DNA from: Ginglymostoma cirratum
Lineage: Eukaryota
NCBI GenBank assembly: GCA_024137785.1
Contig: JAHRHZ010000222.1
Location: forward strand, 29,416,838 to 29,480,837
Direction of reading: 5' to 3'
Length of the DNA: 64,000 nt
Both the position numbers and the translations under genes were made by a program. Shown piece by piece: positions 12,331-25,206 of this stretch (positions are counted from its first letter, which is position 1; each line of letters opens with the position of its first letter). The notes below the pieces were generated by a model that ran no database searches, was not told the DNA's origin, and saw only the letters and a list, made by a program, of their open reading frames with translations.

Positions 12331-15138
12331 TTATATTACTTTTCAGTTTGAATCAAAACCAGCAACAGTCAAAAAAAAGACGCTGAAAACTTCTGATCAG
12401 TAGTAATTCATGATAAGTTCTTGAATTCCTAAAATGTCTAAAAAGACTGACCTCTCCTTTATTGATCATACCTCAAATACAGGTATGCTAGAAAATCAAA
12501 CAAGAGTGGAAAAGAAGACTTATTAAGGGCATCATTATGAATACAGAAGAGGCGTTAGGAGGATTCTCGTTTCTATTAGGCTGAGTAAAGCAGCAATTAA
12601 AATAACATACATTCGTCCTTACCAATTGGAGGAAATGCTGTGGGACTTAGGAAGGATATTAAAAAATGTTGATGGATAATGTTTACAGTATGGTCATCAT
12701 TCTTGGTTTACAGTGGCAATTCAAAGACTGACACTAATAAAAGAACTTGACTACAGTCTTTAATACTTGTCTGGCCACTCTAAACCACCAAGTAGTAATG
12801 TGTGTACATGACTATCAACAGGACATATAGATGTATATAGAGGATCTTCTTAGAAGGTTTCTCTCACAAAGGGAGAAAACATAGTGTGGCATTGATTGTT
12901 AAATCCTGCAGCTTGTTACACTCAGGCTTCACAAAGAACATCATGTCTTTGCAGATAGAGGAGAGTTGGTATTTATCAGGGTTCAGAGATAGTTCAGCCA
13001 CACACTTGACAAATTATTTGTGGAATTGTTGTATTCACAGTCACTTAAATAAGAATCTGTCAACACATGGCTCTGGTTTGTAGCAGTAGGTCTTGGATTT
13101 TTCTGTGTGCACAGAGTATGATGGATTGGAGGTAATGCAAATTCACTACCATTTTATATGTCGATGCCTTCTTAACAGACAGAACGCATAGCTCAGAGTC
13201 ATCCTCTAAAATGCCTTCAGTGTAAGACCTAGCATTTTTTTCACACAAATACATTTAACAAGGCCTCAAATTCACCGAACCATTTTGATCCCTATGTGTA
13301 AAACTACACATAATGTAATTTTAATTCCTCTTCGTAAAGTAACACACATCTTCATTTCTTTATGTAATGCTTGTTCTTAGTTCATAAAGAGAACCCTCTA
13401 GTATTCAATGTAAAGATATAACCTGTGAAATATATGTAATTATTCTGGTTCTTGTTAATGAGTGGAGCTGTGATTTGTGGTACAATCAACTATATCTGCC
13501 ACTGCAGTGCAGTACATTCATTCATGATAATAAAATGAAAAGCAAATAAATTTTATTCTTGGTGCAAAACTGAGCTGAGTGTACTTTAATTAAGGTCCTG
13601 TTACCTTATGTGTTGAGTCTGCTAATTCCATTTGTGAGCTCCAATGAAGAACTCAGTGGGTGAGTACAAAATAAATGACTGAGCAATGGTGTGCTATACA
13701 ACATTCAATTGGTGCAGCTACAAATGAGTAGTGTCTCAATGAGAAAGTGGTCTATTTGTCAATAACACATGGACTCATATTATGTCTCTGTCTCAATTCA
13801 TTGTCTAAACTGTAAAGTATCTTCCTGGCTAATTTTGATGATTTAATTTTACAATAAAAACACATTTCTAATCATCACTTGTCACAATGGAGGCCAAGCT
13901 GACAGTTGCTTGGTACATTTGAAAGTCTTGTTTCTTTCATGCCCTGTTGGATAAGCCTGTGATCCATGGTGTTCCAATAATAGTTGTTGAGATCTCTAAA
14001 ATGAGACACTGTGGAAGGTTCTTGGTTATTCTTGTAATTCTCGTTTTAAAACTGGAAAGGGAACACATATTTAAACTGGGTGAGAGAAAGTCTGTTATAA
14101 AATAAATTCTTGTGAAATTTGTGTGAACTGTTCAGTGTGGATTTCAGTTCACATGACAAGGTAGTGCGTGTGGTTGGGATATAACTTTTGTAGTAATTGA
14201 TATGCTTACAATAGAAGTTTTTTTAAAATATTAACATATTCTGAAGTATTTGTTCCTGTTCTTTCCTATGGAAATTTTTTCGGCTAATGTCTTTAGCAAT
14301 TGTGACTAAGAGTAGAATCTTCTGCTTTCACTGGTAGTGAGATTGGAGGTGGGAGGACATCTAAGTTCATGAGATGGTGCCTTACTTGAACATTTCCACC
14401 TTCCTGTCTTTGTCAAAGTGACTAAATAAGGACAATTTAGGAACCGCATCTCACCTCTACAAAGGTTTAATCCAGCGAATTAATCCACTAGGTAGTGGGC
14501 CTCTTGCCATGTGCCACACATGATAGGTCAAACTGTGCAGACCTCAAAGCCGTCTCCCAACCCCAACATTAATCACCTATGGCCGGGTCTTCCACGATCT
14601 TGGGACTCAAAGGAGGTGTCATTTCAGTAGCAGCTATGACATCCTCCATGGTACTCCTGATGCCAGCCTCTGATTGGACAAAAGCTCTCACTAGATGGGA
14701 CATCTGCTCCATGACCTTGACTCTGTGGGAAGGTCTGCCAGTGGTCTTGCCTGGGCCTGATTGGCATGTGGTTCACTCAGCCTTCCAAAAAGAGGCACCT
14801 GGTGTCTCTTAGAAGCTCTCCAGCAGGTAGACAAATGCCTGAAACCTTGATTATGCTTTAAGTAGATTTAAACTGAAAGTTCTCCCATCAGATAGCCTCA
14901 CTGTTTGGTGAGCTGAAATTTTCAAAGGATTGTAGAAATAATATTGATGACAATTTATTTAGGTGAATAATAATCTCAGCTTAATGTAGAGGAAGATGAA
15001 TTTAGAAAACAGCTTGCAACCTTCACTCCAATGGTTTTAATTCAAGCCCTCTTATATTTGAGCCACAATACAGCAGAAAGAAACAGATTAAGTGTTTTAC
15101 TGAAATGCAAATATGTACAAACTTCCTTCCTAGTTTGC

Positions 15139-17279
15139 TGTAGTCGTGTGACCTTCACCATAATGCGTACACATTGTAGGCAGATGTCTCAAGTTCACTT
15201 CAATAAAGGCTTCATGCTAAACATGCTGCTATGTTGTACACTCAAAACAAAGTGCATGAAGCTATGTCACTGTTGCAGAGCTGTAAGAAGGCTCACCTAC
15301 TGACAGGGAGACACGGGTACGTACAGAACTGTGAGCTTCCACTATATTAAACAAAATAAATGAAGAACAATGAAGAAAGCCGCAGTTAAAACACTGGTTA
15401 AGAGCAAATGTCTATAGCTTCTCCCCTGCCAGTTCTTGTTTAAATTACAGAGGATATGAAACAAATCTGGAATTTATTTCATGCCCAATGGAGATTTATG
15501 AAATAGCAACAGTTACAATTTGATATCTTTTGTTATTGCTGAGAAGATACTGTTTCAAAATATATTCTACCCTAAATCTCTCTGAATAGCAGAATAAACA
15601 AAAGCAGAAATTTTGAAACCTTTGAAAGCACGCTTTAAGCCCAAAGTGAACATTACTTATGAATAGGATGTGTTCAATATTAGGGACTGAAATCAAAGAG
15701 TCCATTAATCAATACGTAACGTGAATAACTCAGCTCACAGAAACCTGCAAATTTACATAATGAAAGGATGTGCTCATCAAAAATAAAATCATTTTAGGCA
15801 TATGAGTCCCAACCATGATCACCAATTGCTATTATAAACATATCCAGAAGCTTGGAGATTGTGAATGAGCAGGTATTGCACGTACATGGCAGAACAGCCA
15901 AGTCTGTCCACAATGTGGAAACCAGCCCAAACCTGTGCACTATGCTGATAAGCAGCTCCGACCTATCCACTGGAAAACCAGCCTACACCTAACAAGTGTA
16001 ACAATGTGAAGACAGATAACGTGTATCTACAGTACAGCCAACAGGAAAACCAAGCTTGAAGGACAAGTTGCAAATATTGCAGAGGTCATTGCATAAAACA
16101 AAATACACCCAGCATGGAGAAAACAGTGTTTAACTGCAAGAAGCTAAACCAGTTTGTGTGCAAGTGTTTAACCAAGGAAGGAAACAAGGCTACAAAGATG
16201 ATAAAGACGATTGCTACAAAGATGTCAGACAACGATTTAGATGAATCAAGCGTGGGTTACTAGAGGGATGTCAGATCAATATTCAGATGATTCAGTCTAC
16301 TCCTTAGAACAAGATGGCAATGTCAAATCTAGAGGAGAAAAATGGTTTGTGACTATTGCAATGAAGACAGCAGAATAAAAGCATCAAGTGAATATGAAGA
16401 GGCAGATAGACACAAGTGCATTTTGCAACATGAATAGTTTCACAGGCCTTGTAAAATTACACCCAATAGCAATCCAAAAGTAAAACATTCAAAGGTAAAG
16501 CTGAGGTCCTGTGATGGAATGGCACTCACCTTCGAATGACAAATTAATCTGAGAGCCCAGGGCTGTTGCAAGACTGACGATCTGGAATCTTAAGCACAAA
16601 GCTAAAGCCACTCATCTCAGCAGAAAGTCAGACGAATAACCCTAAATGCTCCAGAAGAGATTTACAGTTTGCACAGGCCATGTTGACTGACAAACAGACA
16701 AACAAGCAACACAAGACAGAGAAGGTCTGAGTAAAGGAACACAAAGGAAACTTGTAGCGGATATCACAAAATGAAAAGATTGCCTTGTCAGACCCAGGAA
16801 ATGCACCTAAAGGAAAGAAACATCTGAGGCAACAGCATGGATTAGCAGAGTTAGCTGAGAAAATTTTGAAACCGAACCAACATTATAACAAGCAGACGCT
16901 GGAGAGAAAACTGACAACCCATATGTGCACGATCACATGATTGAAACACTTTAAAGATTGTGTTTTCTCTGCTTGTAAATAAATGAACAAAAATGGGATT
17001 AACTGAAAAAGCAAACAGTTTCTAAGGCATGAGAACATATCCACATTTGGTTTCTTGGGTAACTCAAAATTTACATCATAATGCTTGTGGTATTATTTCT
17101 TTCAATTGCATAAAAAGCAGATGTTTGGATTGAAATCCAACCATGTACAAATTTCCTGCCCCATTTGCAGATTTCATGTGTTCTCTCCCACAAGGCAACC
17201 AAACTGCAGGCAGACATCTTCACTACACCTCAGTAAATACCTTGTGTTGAACATATTGTTGTGTTGCACACTTGAAACA
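15139..17279 (+). mobile_element. Decayed, internally deleted Gypsy LTR retrotransposon (gag-protease retained)
   Basis: Diverged ~110-bp direct repeats 15139-15249 and 17166-17279; gag-like GDMKQIWNLFHAQW-IYEIAT and FKPKVNITYE; knuckle CKYCRG..CFNCKKLNQFVCKC (~16070-16170); protease-like QIDTSAFCN (~16400). Confidence 0.75.
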
Positions 17280-18206
17280 TCAAGGTTTGGGTATACTTAT
17301 GTATTACTGTGATTTACTTTAGGAGTGATTCATTGGGTAGAATTTAATCCTCACCAGCCCCCTATCCCAACATTAAATCTGGAGGCAGTGAGGCATTTAA
17401 CTTGTTGGGACTGTGATGATTGGGAAGTCTAATACCTTTTGGTCTCTGCTTGATTAAGGTCCAGAGTGGGAGAGTTCATTAATGGCTTTCTTGTCTAGAT
17501 GCTAATTCAGGACCCGAAGTCAGAAATTAATGTCCATTCAAAAGCCTCATCCCACCATCACTGGTTTTCAATTAGCAGTAGTTGGGGAGTGAGCATAAAA
17601 AAGAACCTAAGGAGAGAAGAGGGGATGCACAAAGTGGGATTTTTGTTCAAAGGGGCTGAGTACCTCAATCCCTTTAGAACTTTAATCAGAGTCTCTGTAT
17701 AGAGTAGGTTTAAAGCATTTGTGGTCACTTTTACACCATACTTTGCTCTTAGAAAAAGTATTGGAAAGGGAAAGGTGTGCTAGGATCCACTTATTTGATC
17801 TTTCTTCCACCTAATAATTTATACCCTGCAATCCACATTCTGCCCTCACAAGACAACTGTTGTGGTACTAACCATTGGCAGTTTGTTGGGGTAGAATGTT
17901 GCCACCAAGCTTCTTTTCTGTAGTGGAAAGAGTTCAACTTGTTTCAAGAGAATAACTGGTTCCAAAACAAGCTGTCGTTAACCAAACACTAATGGAACAA
18001 CCCGAAACTTTGATTGAGCTTCCTAGAATAATAGCAGAACTAAACAGAAGAAACAAGAGATTACCTATGTTGACAAGAGAATTATTTCATGCTATCAACA
18101 GGAAAGGAGAATGTGACTATACAGAAGTTGAGGAAATGTTTCTTCTTCTTAGACTTACTGGTAGCTTAACTATTACCACCACTAACTGAACAGGCCCTTT
18201 TGACAA

Positions 18207-18372
18207 GGAAAACTGGAAGTGACATAATCCAGTTTAACGGACTCCAGAGTTTAAATAACAGGCAGGAAAGCACAATGGCACTTCATGGGATATTACACTG
18301 ATGATGTTATCCAGCAGGGTAATGAAACGTCTGAGGAAAAACAACGAACCAGCTCGGCGAGCCAACCGACCA
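18207..18372 (+). mobile_element. Penelope-like element pLTR (second family)
   Basis: gaaaactggaagtgaca...cactgatgatgttatccagcagggtaatgaaacgtctgag...ccagctcggcgagccaacc, a PLE-type terminus containing a hammerhead core. Confidence 0.7.
18296..18333 (+). ncRNA. Minimal type I hammerhead ribozyme motif
   Basis: ca-CTGATGA-t-gttatcc(agca)gggtaat-GAAA-c-GTC-tg: conserved core, 7-bp stem II, palindromic ACGT stem III, GUC site, only 2-bp stem I. Confidence 0.7.
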
Positions 18373-18759
18373 CAAGAAGTGTTGATTGTAACTTATGTAC
18401 ACAGTTTCAATCCTCATATATTCATTCTGTTGCAGAGTTACTTGGAATGTATGTTTAATCTTGGGAGATATTCCACTTGCTTCATACCAATTCATCTGTG
18501 TAGACTGTAACTCCTTCAGCACTGGTATTTAATCTGAAAGGACAGTTCTTGTATCAAGTTTAAAATTATTGAGATATCCATTGAGATAACTAGGTTCTGT
18601 CAACCTTGAGTTGGTTGAAACACTAATCTCCCTTAGGGATGGCTCTGACACCTCTAGTGGTAGAGGTTCTATTTCATCAACATTTTTGTAAGAGTAAACA
18701 TCTGGATCTTTGATTCTCTGCAACTGTGTCCTCTTCCTGGACACGTCCTGGAAGTGCCC

Positions 18760-19790
18760 TATAGTTCTGATATTGCTGATGGCCTACAGCATCTCATGAC
18801 TGCCCAGTCTCGAGTTGCTAGATCTGTTCAAAGTCTATCCTGTTTAGCATGATGAGAGTGCCAAGCAGCACAATAGAACATATTCTCAGTGTGAAGATGA
18901 GAGTTCATTTCAACAAAGGCTGTGCAGTGGTCATTCCTACCAATACTGCCATGGAAAGATGCATCTGTAGCAGGTATATTGGTGAGGATGAAGTCCATGA
19001 TGTTTTTTCCATTTTGTTGCTTCCCTCAATACTTGTCACAGGCCAAGTCTACCACTTATATCTTGATTAAGTCATTGAAGTCCCCCATCCAGAGTACATT
19101 CTGTGACCTTGCCACCTTTAATACTTCCTCCAGGTGTTATTCAACATGTTAGAGTAATAATTCAGCAGCTGGCTGCTGAGGGGGTGGGGCAATACATGGC
19201 CATCAGCAGGAAGTGTCCTCGCCCATTTTTAACTTGATGCTATGAGACTTTATGGAATTAGAGTCAATATTAATGCCTCATTGGCCAAATGCCTCCTGAC
19301 TGCGTACAACTGTGCTGTCTTTTCGACTGGGCCTATCCTGCGGGAGGGGTAGAACATACCAGGGATGCTTATTGCAGGGGTTGGGGCACTGCTGGTGAGG
19401 TAGGATGCTTGACTGGTCTGTGAGACAGCTCTTCCAATTTAAGCATAAACCTCCAGAGTTGGTAAGTAGAACTTTGCAGGCTCAGCAAGTCCGAGTTTGC
19501 CCTTATCACTTTCAGTGTCTTTGTCAATACCAGGTAGTCCTTCTAGATTTGTTCCTTTGACACAGTTTAGCAGTTTTATACAACTGAATGGGTTGCTCAG
19601 CCACTTCAGAGGGCAATGAAGTCTCAACCATATTGATGTGGGTCTGGTGGTACATGTAGACAATATAAGGATAGCAAATTCCCTCCCTAAAGAACCAGGT
19701 GGGTTTTTATTTATAACATTCAGAAATGGTTACATGGTCATTATTTGGCTTTTAATTGCAGATTTAATTTTGGACTTCAATTTCCACTAT
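18760..19790 (-). mobile_element. Non-LTR retrotransposon 5' portion (APE endonuclease plus 5' UTR)
   Basis: Minus strand ARSQNVLWMGDFND (~19072-19113) is the APE GDFN motif; 19608-19790 is homologous to the SINE body 2330-2522. Confidence 0.8.
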
Positions 19791-19944
19791 TTACAAAACT
19801 ATCTACCTTCTTTTAGATTTTGGCAATATGAAATGTCATTTTCAGGAGTGAATGCAGTAGTTTGTTACTTGTTCTGCTTAGTATTTACTTTTGAAGCACT
19901 TTTGTATGTCAAGGACTGTTTTCTTCAAGATGTACAATTTTTTA

Positions 19945-20139
19945 AATAAAAACCGAAAGAACAGCAGATGCTGTAGATCAGAAACAAAAACAGAATTTGT
20001 TGGATAAGCTCAGCAGGTCTGGCAGCATCTGTGAAGAGAAATCAGAAATAATGTTTTGGGTTGAACCTGAAACATTAACTCTGACTTCTCTTTACAGATG
20101 CTGCCAGGCTTGCTGAGCTTTTTCAGCAACTTCTGTTTG
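19945..20139. mobile_element. PLE-terminus fold-back insertion with 9-bp TSD
   Basis: tgtacaatt at 19931-19939 and 20140-20148; arms ~19987-20060 and ~20066-20139 are imperfect inverted repeats. Confidence 0.75.
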
Positions 20140-20499
20140 TGTACAATTCCCCTGTTCTGTTTGGCCCATCTCTGCATTATATCTTTTTGCAAGTACAATT
20201 TCTCCTTCAGTTTATCCTAAATTTAGTTTATTACACTTACTACTTTAAAACAATATTTAATTTAGGGCATCTTAATGCTGTTTGCTATCTTCTGCTTTTA
20301 AGCTTTTATTATTGTATTATCTCAATACTGTTTTAATTCTCTTGTTATTAAGTCACTTTAAAACTTCACGCTCTTTATGATAGCAATGCTGATTTCTTGG
20401 TCATTACTTTGTATGTTTGAACACTCTATTTTATAACAATGCTGCAGTATTTATATTTTTAAGTTTCAAATTGCAATACTTGTAAATTTGTGCCACTTG

Positions 20500-21350
20500 C
20501 TGGACATTTCTTCACCTTTATCGTGGTCAAAATGGATGCTTTGCCACCTTCAGTAACATGACAGCATTTTTCTGCCTCTTCAAGGACGGAATGGATGCTT
20601 TACCACCCTTCATGGCTTAAAGACATGCCCATCCCCATATCCAAAAATTCATGTCAATATCTGTGGCTGCAGCTTTAATAAACATTTCATTCAAATCTGC
20701 AATTTAAATTATATATCTCCCAATATAACCACAGACTTAGAATTCTTCTTGCTATCTTTTTATGTTGGACTCTGTCATCTAAATCTTTTAAATTGCCCTT
20801 TCTTCACTATGGATCAGTTCCATAATGATGCCAGTGCTACAGCCTCAGTATTAATTTATCTAATGATCCTTGACTTTGTTACTGTAGCCATGGCTTGTGG
20901 ACTGTGCCCACAGTGGTGGCAATGCTCAATGTGGAGTGAAAGTGCTCTTCTTTACCTTCTATTATTTACAAACAGGGCTTTCCTCAGTTATTTGAATTTA
21001 TTTTCCCTTTTCTGCAAGGCTCTTTAGCATTATTCCCAGAGTTCTGAAATGGTTGTTTTTTTTTTGGCCAACCCCTAAACTGGGTCTTCCTCAACTGGAC
21101 CTTATTCTCTAAGGATTCTGCAAATGGAGCAATGTGACTAATCTGTTTTATTCTGCTCATAGCCTACACTGTCTTTCCGATGCTTTTTACCAGTTCTGGG
21201 GTGGAGGTTGTAGTTTGGAGCACTGCATTTGTCCTGTCATTCTTTACGGTTCCAGAGTGTTTCTCTGCTGAACCACGTGCAGCCATTGACTGACTGTCTG
21301 AGTACTCTTGAGGTAATGTTTTTAAAGTGGTAAATTGACTTTTCTTCTAA
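20500..21350 (-). mobile_element. Highly decayed Gypsy gag/protease relic
   Basis: Minus strand HIEHCHHCGHSP resembles a CxHCxxCG gag knuckle; downstream IKAAAT..GW resembles a protease-region AANGxxIPxxGW. Confidence 0.35.
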
Positions 21351-24300
21351 AAATGTTTTTCTCCTTGGTGGAACAGGCTATTTTTTTAAATCAGTGTTTT
21401 AACCAGAAGTATTTATGCAGTAACCACAGGCTGATCTAGTCCTTGATCCTAGAAGGTCCTGCCACTGGCCACTTAAGGAAATAACATGGGGCTGTTGTCA
21501 ACTGTTCTGTTGGCAGGTGAGACCCCCATTGCCTGGATTCAATATCATTAAATATTTCATTTCAGCTGGCTAATCTTGAATAGTAAAAACAATGCAAAAG
21601 ACAGTAGAGAAAATGAAAACTAAGTGCTAGCCTCAATGTATCCTTATCTTCTGCTTCCCCACGTTTGGTAATTCCCATATGAAAGATCAAATTGAATCAA
21701 GATGTGGCTATGCAGTAATAGTAAGCATTCTGTACTATTTGACCCAATTTGATATAATATCAAAGACTGAGGCTATAATGGAGACTTTGACGCTACATTG
21801 TAAGGTAATTTGGGATATATTCAGTAGGATGGCCTTTGGGAAATTTTTTCGATTGTCTGTGAAGCCTTGATTGAGATTCATATCTCGAAATTAATTCTTT
21901 ACTCAAATTTGTATCAGTTGTGGACATGTTCCAGAATCACTGGACATGCCTGCCATGCCCAGGAGTCATTGTTAACTGATCATCACAGTAACTATGATTC
22001 TGTATTTTAAAATTAAGTTGATCAGCTCAGTAAAGGAGGATAAAATAACAGCAGACCTCTTTCACTGAACATACTGATAATTTCAGATTGAAATATCGTT
22101 TCACTATGAGTGAGAAAGATGAATACCAAGGGCACACACTCAAGATTGTTCAATTTCAAGCAGGAAAATGGAATGTGTATATCATTCCTAATTAAAAAGT
22201 GCCATGGCACCACTTTATTTGTATGATGGTATTAGTTCAGTCGCGTGACAATGCTTCTATGTTCTAATCATTCAAGATGTTCGATTTATGTCAAAATACT
22301 TTCAACATTTAAGGTCATATTTTTCTCTATATTAAGTCCTAAGTATATTGTATTTCCATGGATACAATGTTAATGTGGGTAACTTGGATGTTGTAGTTCC
22401 ATGATCACCTAAAAGCTCTGTACACTTAGGATGGAGAGTGCCAGCACATGTTCCTCCTGCCTTGTAAACATTATCTGAATCTGAGGAATGTAAATTAACA
22501 TTTAAGAGTGACAATAAAAACAAAAATTTTCATCGATATTAAGATAACTGACTTGAACCATGAAAGAGGATAAGGCAACTTAGAAGGATTTCTGTGAAGA
22601 AATTCTATTAGGTTTTGAACACTGATTGACCCTTGAATGATGGAGTATGCCCATACAGTGGCTGCCTGGGATTATTCACCTGTGTTTTTCTCTATCTTTT
22701 ACAGAGGATATCTGTCTCACTCATGGCTGGTGCCGTTCCAGTGAAGCAGTACAGCAGCAACGTGCAAGTCCATTTGAAAGATTATATCATGCTTTCAGAG
22801 GATCGATTGAGTTTGGTAACTGTTTTGTGAATGTGCAGGTCGACAAGCAAATTTGCTGAAGGGAACACTATGAATCAGGATATGGGCAGCAAAGCTTTGG
22901 ATGCTAATGGAGGATGAAAGATAGAATCTCAGCCATGATACCATTGGAGTAGATGAGTCTGGAATTAACAAAACCTTGCATGAAGATTTCAGTGGCAGAA
23001 ATTGCCAATATGACAGAAGTAGAAGAAGGCAGTCTGTGTGACGGAGAGGACTAGGAGTTCCCCTGAAAACGTATATTGAGGTCCTAATGATTTCATAGAA
23101 TCCTGAGTTTAACGTACAAGAGAAATTTAGTACTGCAGTCAGTAATGTCTCTACCTCAGGTCAGATGTTCTACGTTTAGGGTGCCACTCCAAGAAATGGC
23201 CATGGGATGTGTGTCAATGCAGACAAACAAATCTATTATCAAGTTAACTTGATTTATCAATATTGCGTATCATCTGAGACAGCAATAGCCATTTGTGGTG
23301 ATAAAAGAAAGGCTTACAGATCACAGAATTATTTTAGTACAGAAATAAGCATTCTGTCCATTATGTCTGCACTTTTTTTTAAAAGAGTCAATGATGAATA
23401 TTTTATTTTTACAGTCAGTAAGAGACGAGAAAGCAGAATTAACCCTAACTAGATTATATGTCAACTCCGCCATGTATGGAAATAGGGGCAGAATTATTTT
23501 CCTCCCTGGTGTGGCATTGAGTGAACCTGAGAAAAGTGAGAAAATGTGGTGAAAATCAAAAAAAACTCCCCTCAAGCTGTAAATGGTGACTTCAGAATCT
23601 TGCTATTGAATGGCGGCTAATGATTTCTATTCGTTTACATCTCATTAAAACCTGAACTCATCTTACTTTTATGCCACTTCCAGTTCTCCTCTCCTTCTCT
23701 GATAAACTAGGCAATACAAATCGCTGGCATGTAAATCAGAGTGGGTACACGGCAGCTGCAGTTTTCAACTGCTCGTCCTGGCCATCATTCAAACTGTTTC
23801 TTTTCGACAGTATCCCTGCTCCATGGTCGCAATTCCCATCCAGAAAAGTCAGCGTTGACAAACCACCAGCCTCACCAAATCATCATGCCTGCTCTACGAT
23901 CAACTCAGACACTGTTTCAGTATTTTGACACTTGACTTTGGAGCTCAGCATCACATATGACTTGTGTGCTTCTGCCAGGTCAGTTAATATACAAGAGCAT
24001 ACATACATCTCATACATATACATAGCAGGCGGAATATTGCCATGCCCTGAATGACATATGGTGTGTAATCTGACAGAATTGCAGGAAATGTCCAGTGAGG
24101 TCTTTTTCAACATTGGAAAAAACCAGTTGCATTTTTCAGCAGAGTTCTAGGTCTCAACTCAAGATGAGTTTCTGGCTGGGCAATGATGATATGCCTATTA
24201 AAGGGGGTTATTGCTTGTGGTCAGTCTTATTAACTGCACTCTCCCATCCTGCTGTGAAGAAAGAAGCTGCAGAGAATTCTTGGCCTGGATATTGGAGAAA

Positions 24301-24843
24301 GGACCTAGTGACTCCAGTTTGCTGGTCAACATGGTATATCTTCAATGTACTTGCACAACACTGCTGCACTTCAATGCTGCACCTGGGAAGGAATCAGCAA
24401 CTAACATTGAAAGGACACCTTGTGTACAGAGAGAGGGACCCGGCTCATGGATTGGAGCAGGCTGCATCTCAGGGCTGCTCATTCATTCTCAGCATTTACT
24501 CATCTAGCTCATACCTCACAGCATCTGTGCCTCGCCTTGATTCACCCGATCTGCCAGAACTTTAAAGCTTACAAAGTTTTGCTGTTTAGTGCCATCGCAA
24601 AGCCAGGTAACTTGTCATGGTTGTCAGCAGTCAAGTGAGTAGACATGCTGCTTTCTGGCACACTGCTACAACAGTCTCATCACTGCACCCTGAGCCAGCC
24701 GTGTACATGGCAAACAGACTGCACGTGCATTGAGCAAGTGATGATGTCTATGTGTCTTAGGGGAATCATCCTCGCTGATGTTCAGGCCAAAAACCATCAG
24801 GAATTCTCAACACGGTAAGTCAGGGGCAGTTTCTAATAACAGT

Positions 24844-25206
24844 GGCAGGTGATGCCTTGTGGTATTATCACTGGACTGTTAATCCCAGAGACTAAGGCAA
24901 TGTTCGGGGGACCTAGGTTTGAATTCCACCACAGCAGATGGTGGCATTTGAATTCAATTTTAAAATATCTGGAATTAAGGGTCTGATGATAACCCTGAAT
25001 CCATTGCCAATTGTTGGAAAAACCCATCAGATTTGCTAATGCCCTTGAGGGAAGGAAACTGCCATCCTTACCTGGTCTGGCCTACATTGTGACTCTAGAC
25101 CCACAGCAATGTGATTGACTTTTAACAACCCTCTGAGCAATTAGACTGGGCAATTATAGCTGGCCTGGTCAGCAATGCCCTCATCCCATCAATGAGTAAA
25201 AAAAAG
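24844..25206 (+). mobile_element. tRNA-headed SINE (same family as 2260-2616)
   Basis: gccttgtggtattatcactggactgttaatcc...ggtttgaattcc...catcccatcaatgagtaaaaaaaa. Confidence 0.85.

Larger units (their letters stand above)
17872..18750. pseudogene. Unidentified coding-like relic: two convergent stop-interrupted frames split by a PLE insertion
   Basis: Plus frame 17872-18205 is ~110 codons with 2 stops; minus frame 18744-18375 is ~123 codons with 1 stop (ORFs 18529-18744 and 18307-18522 share a frame); each is A-rich on its coding strand; no TE motif recognised. Confidence 0.4.

Noticed and set aside
20531-20610. Short duplication aatggatgcttt(g/a)ccacc
   Set aside because: Two ~20-bp copies inside a decayed LTR-element relic; nothing further supports a function
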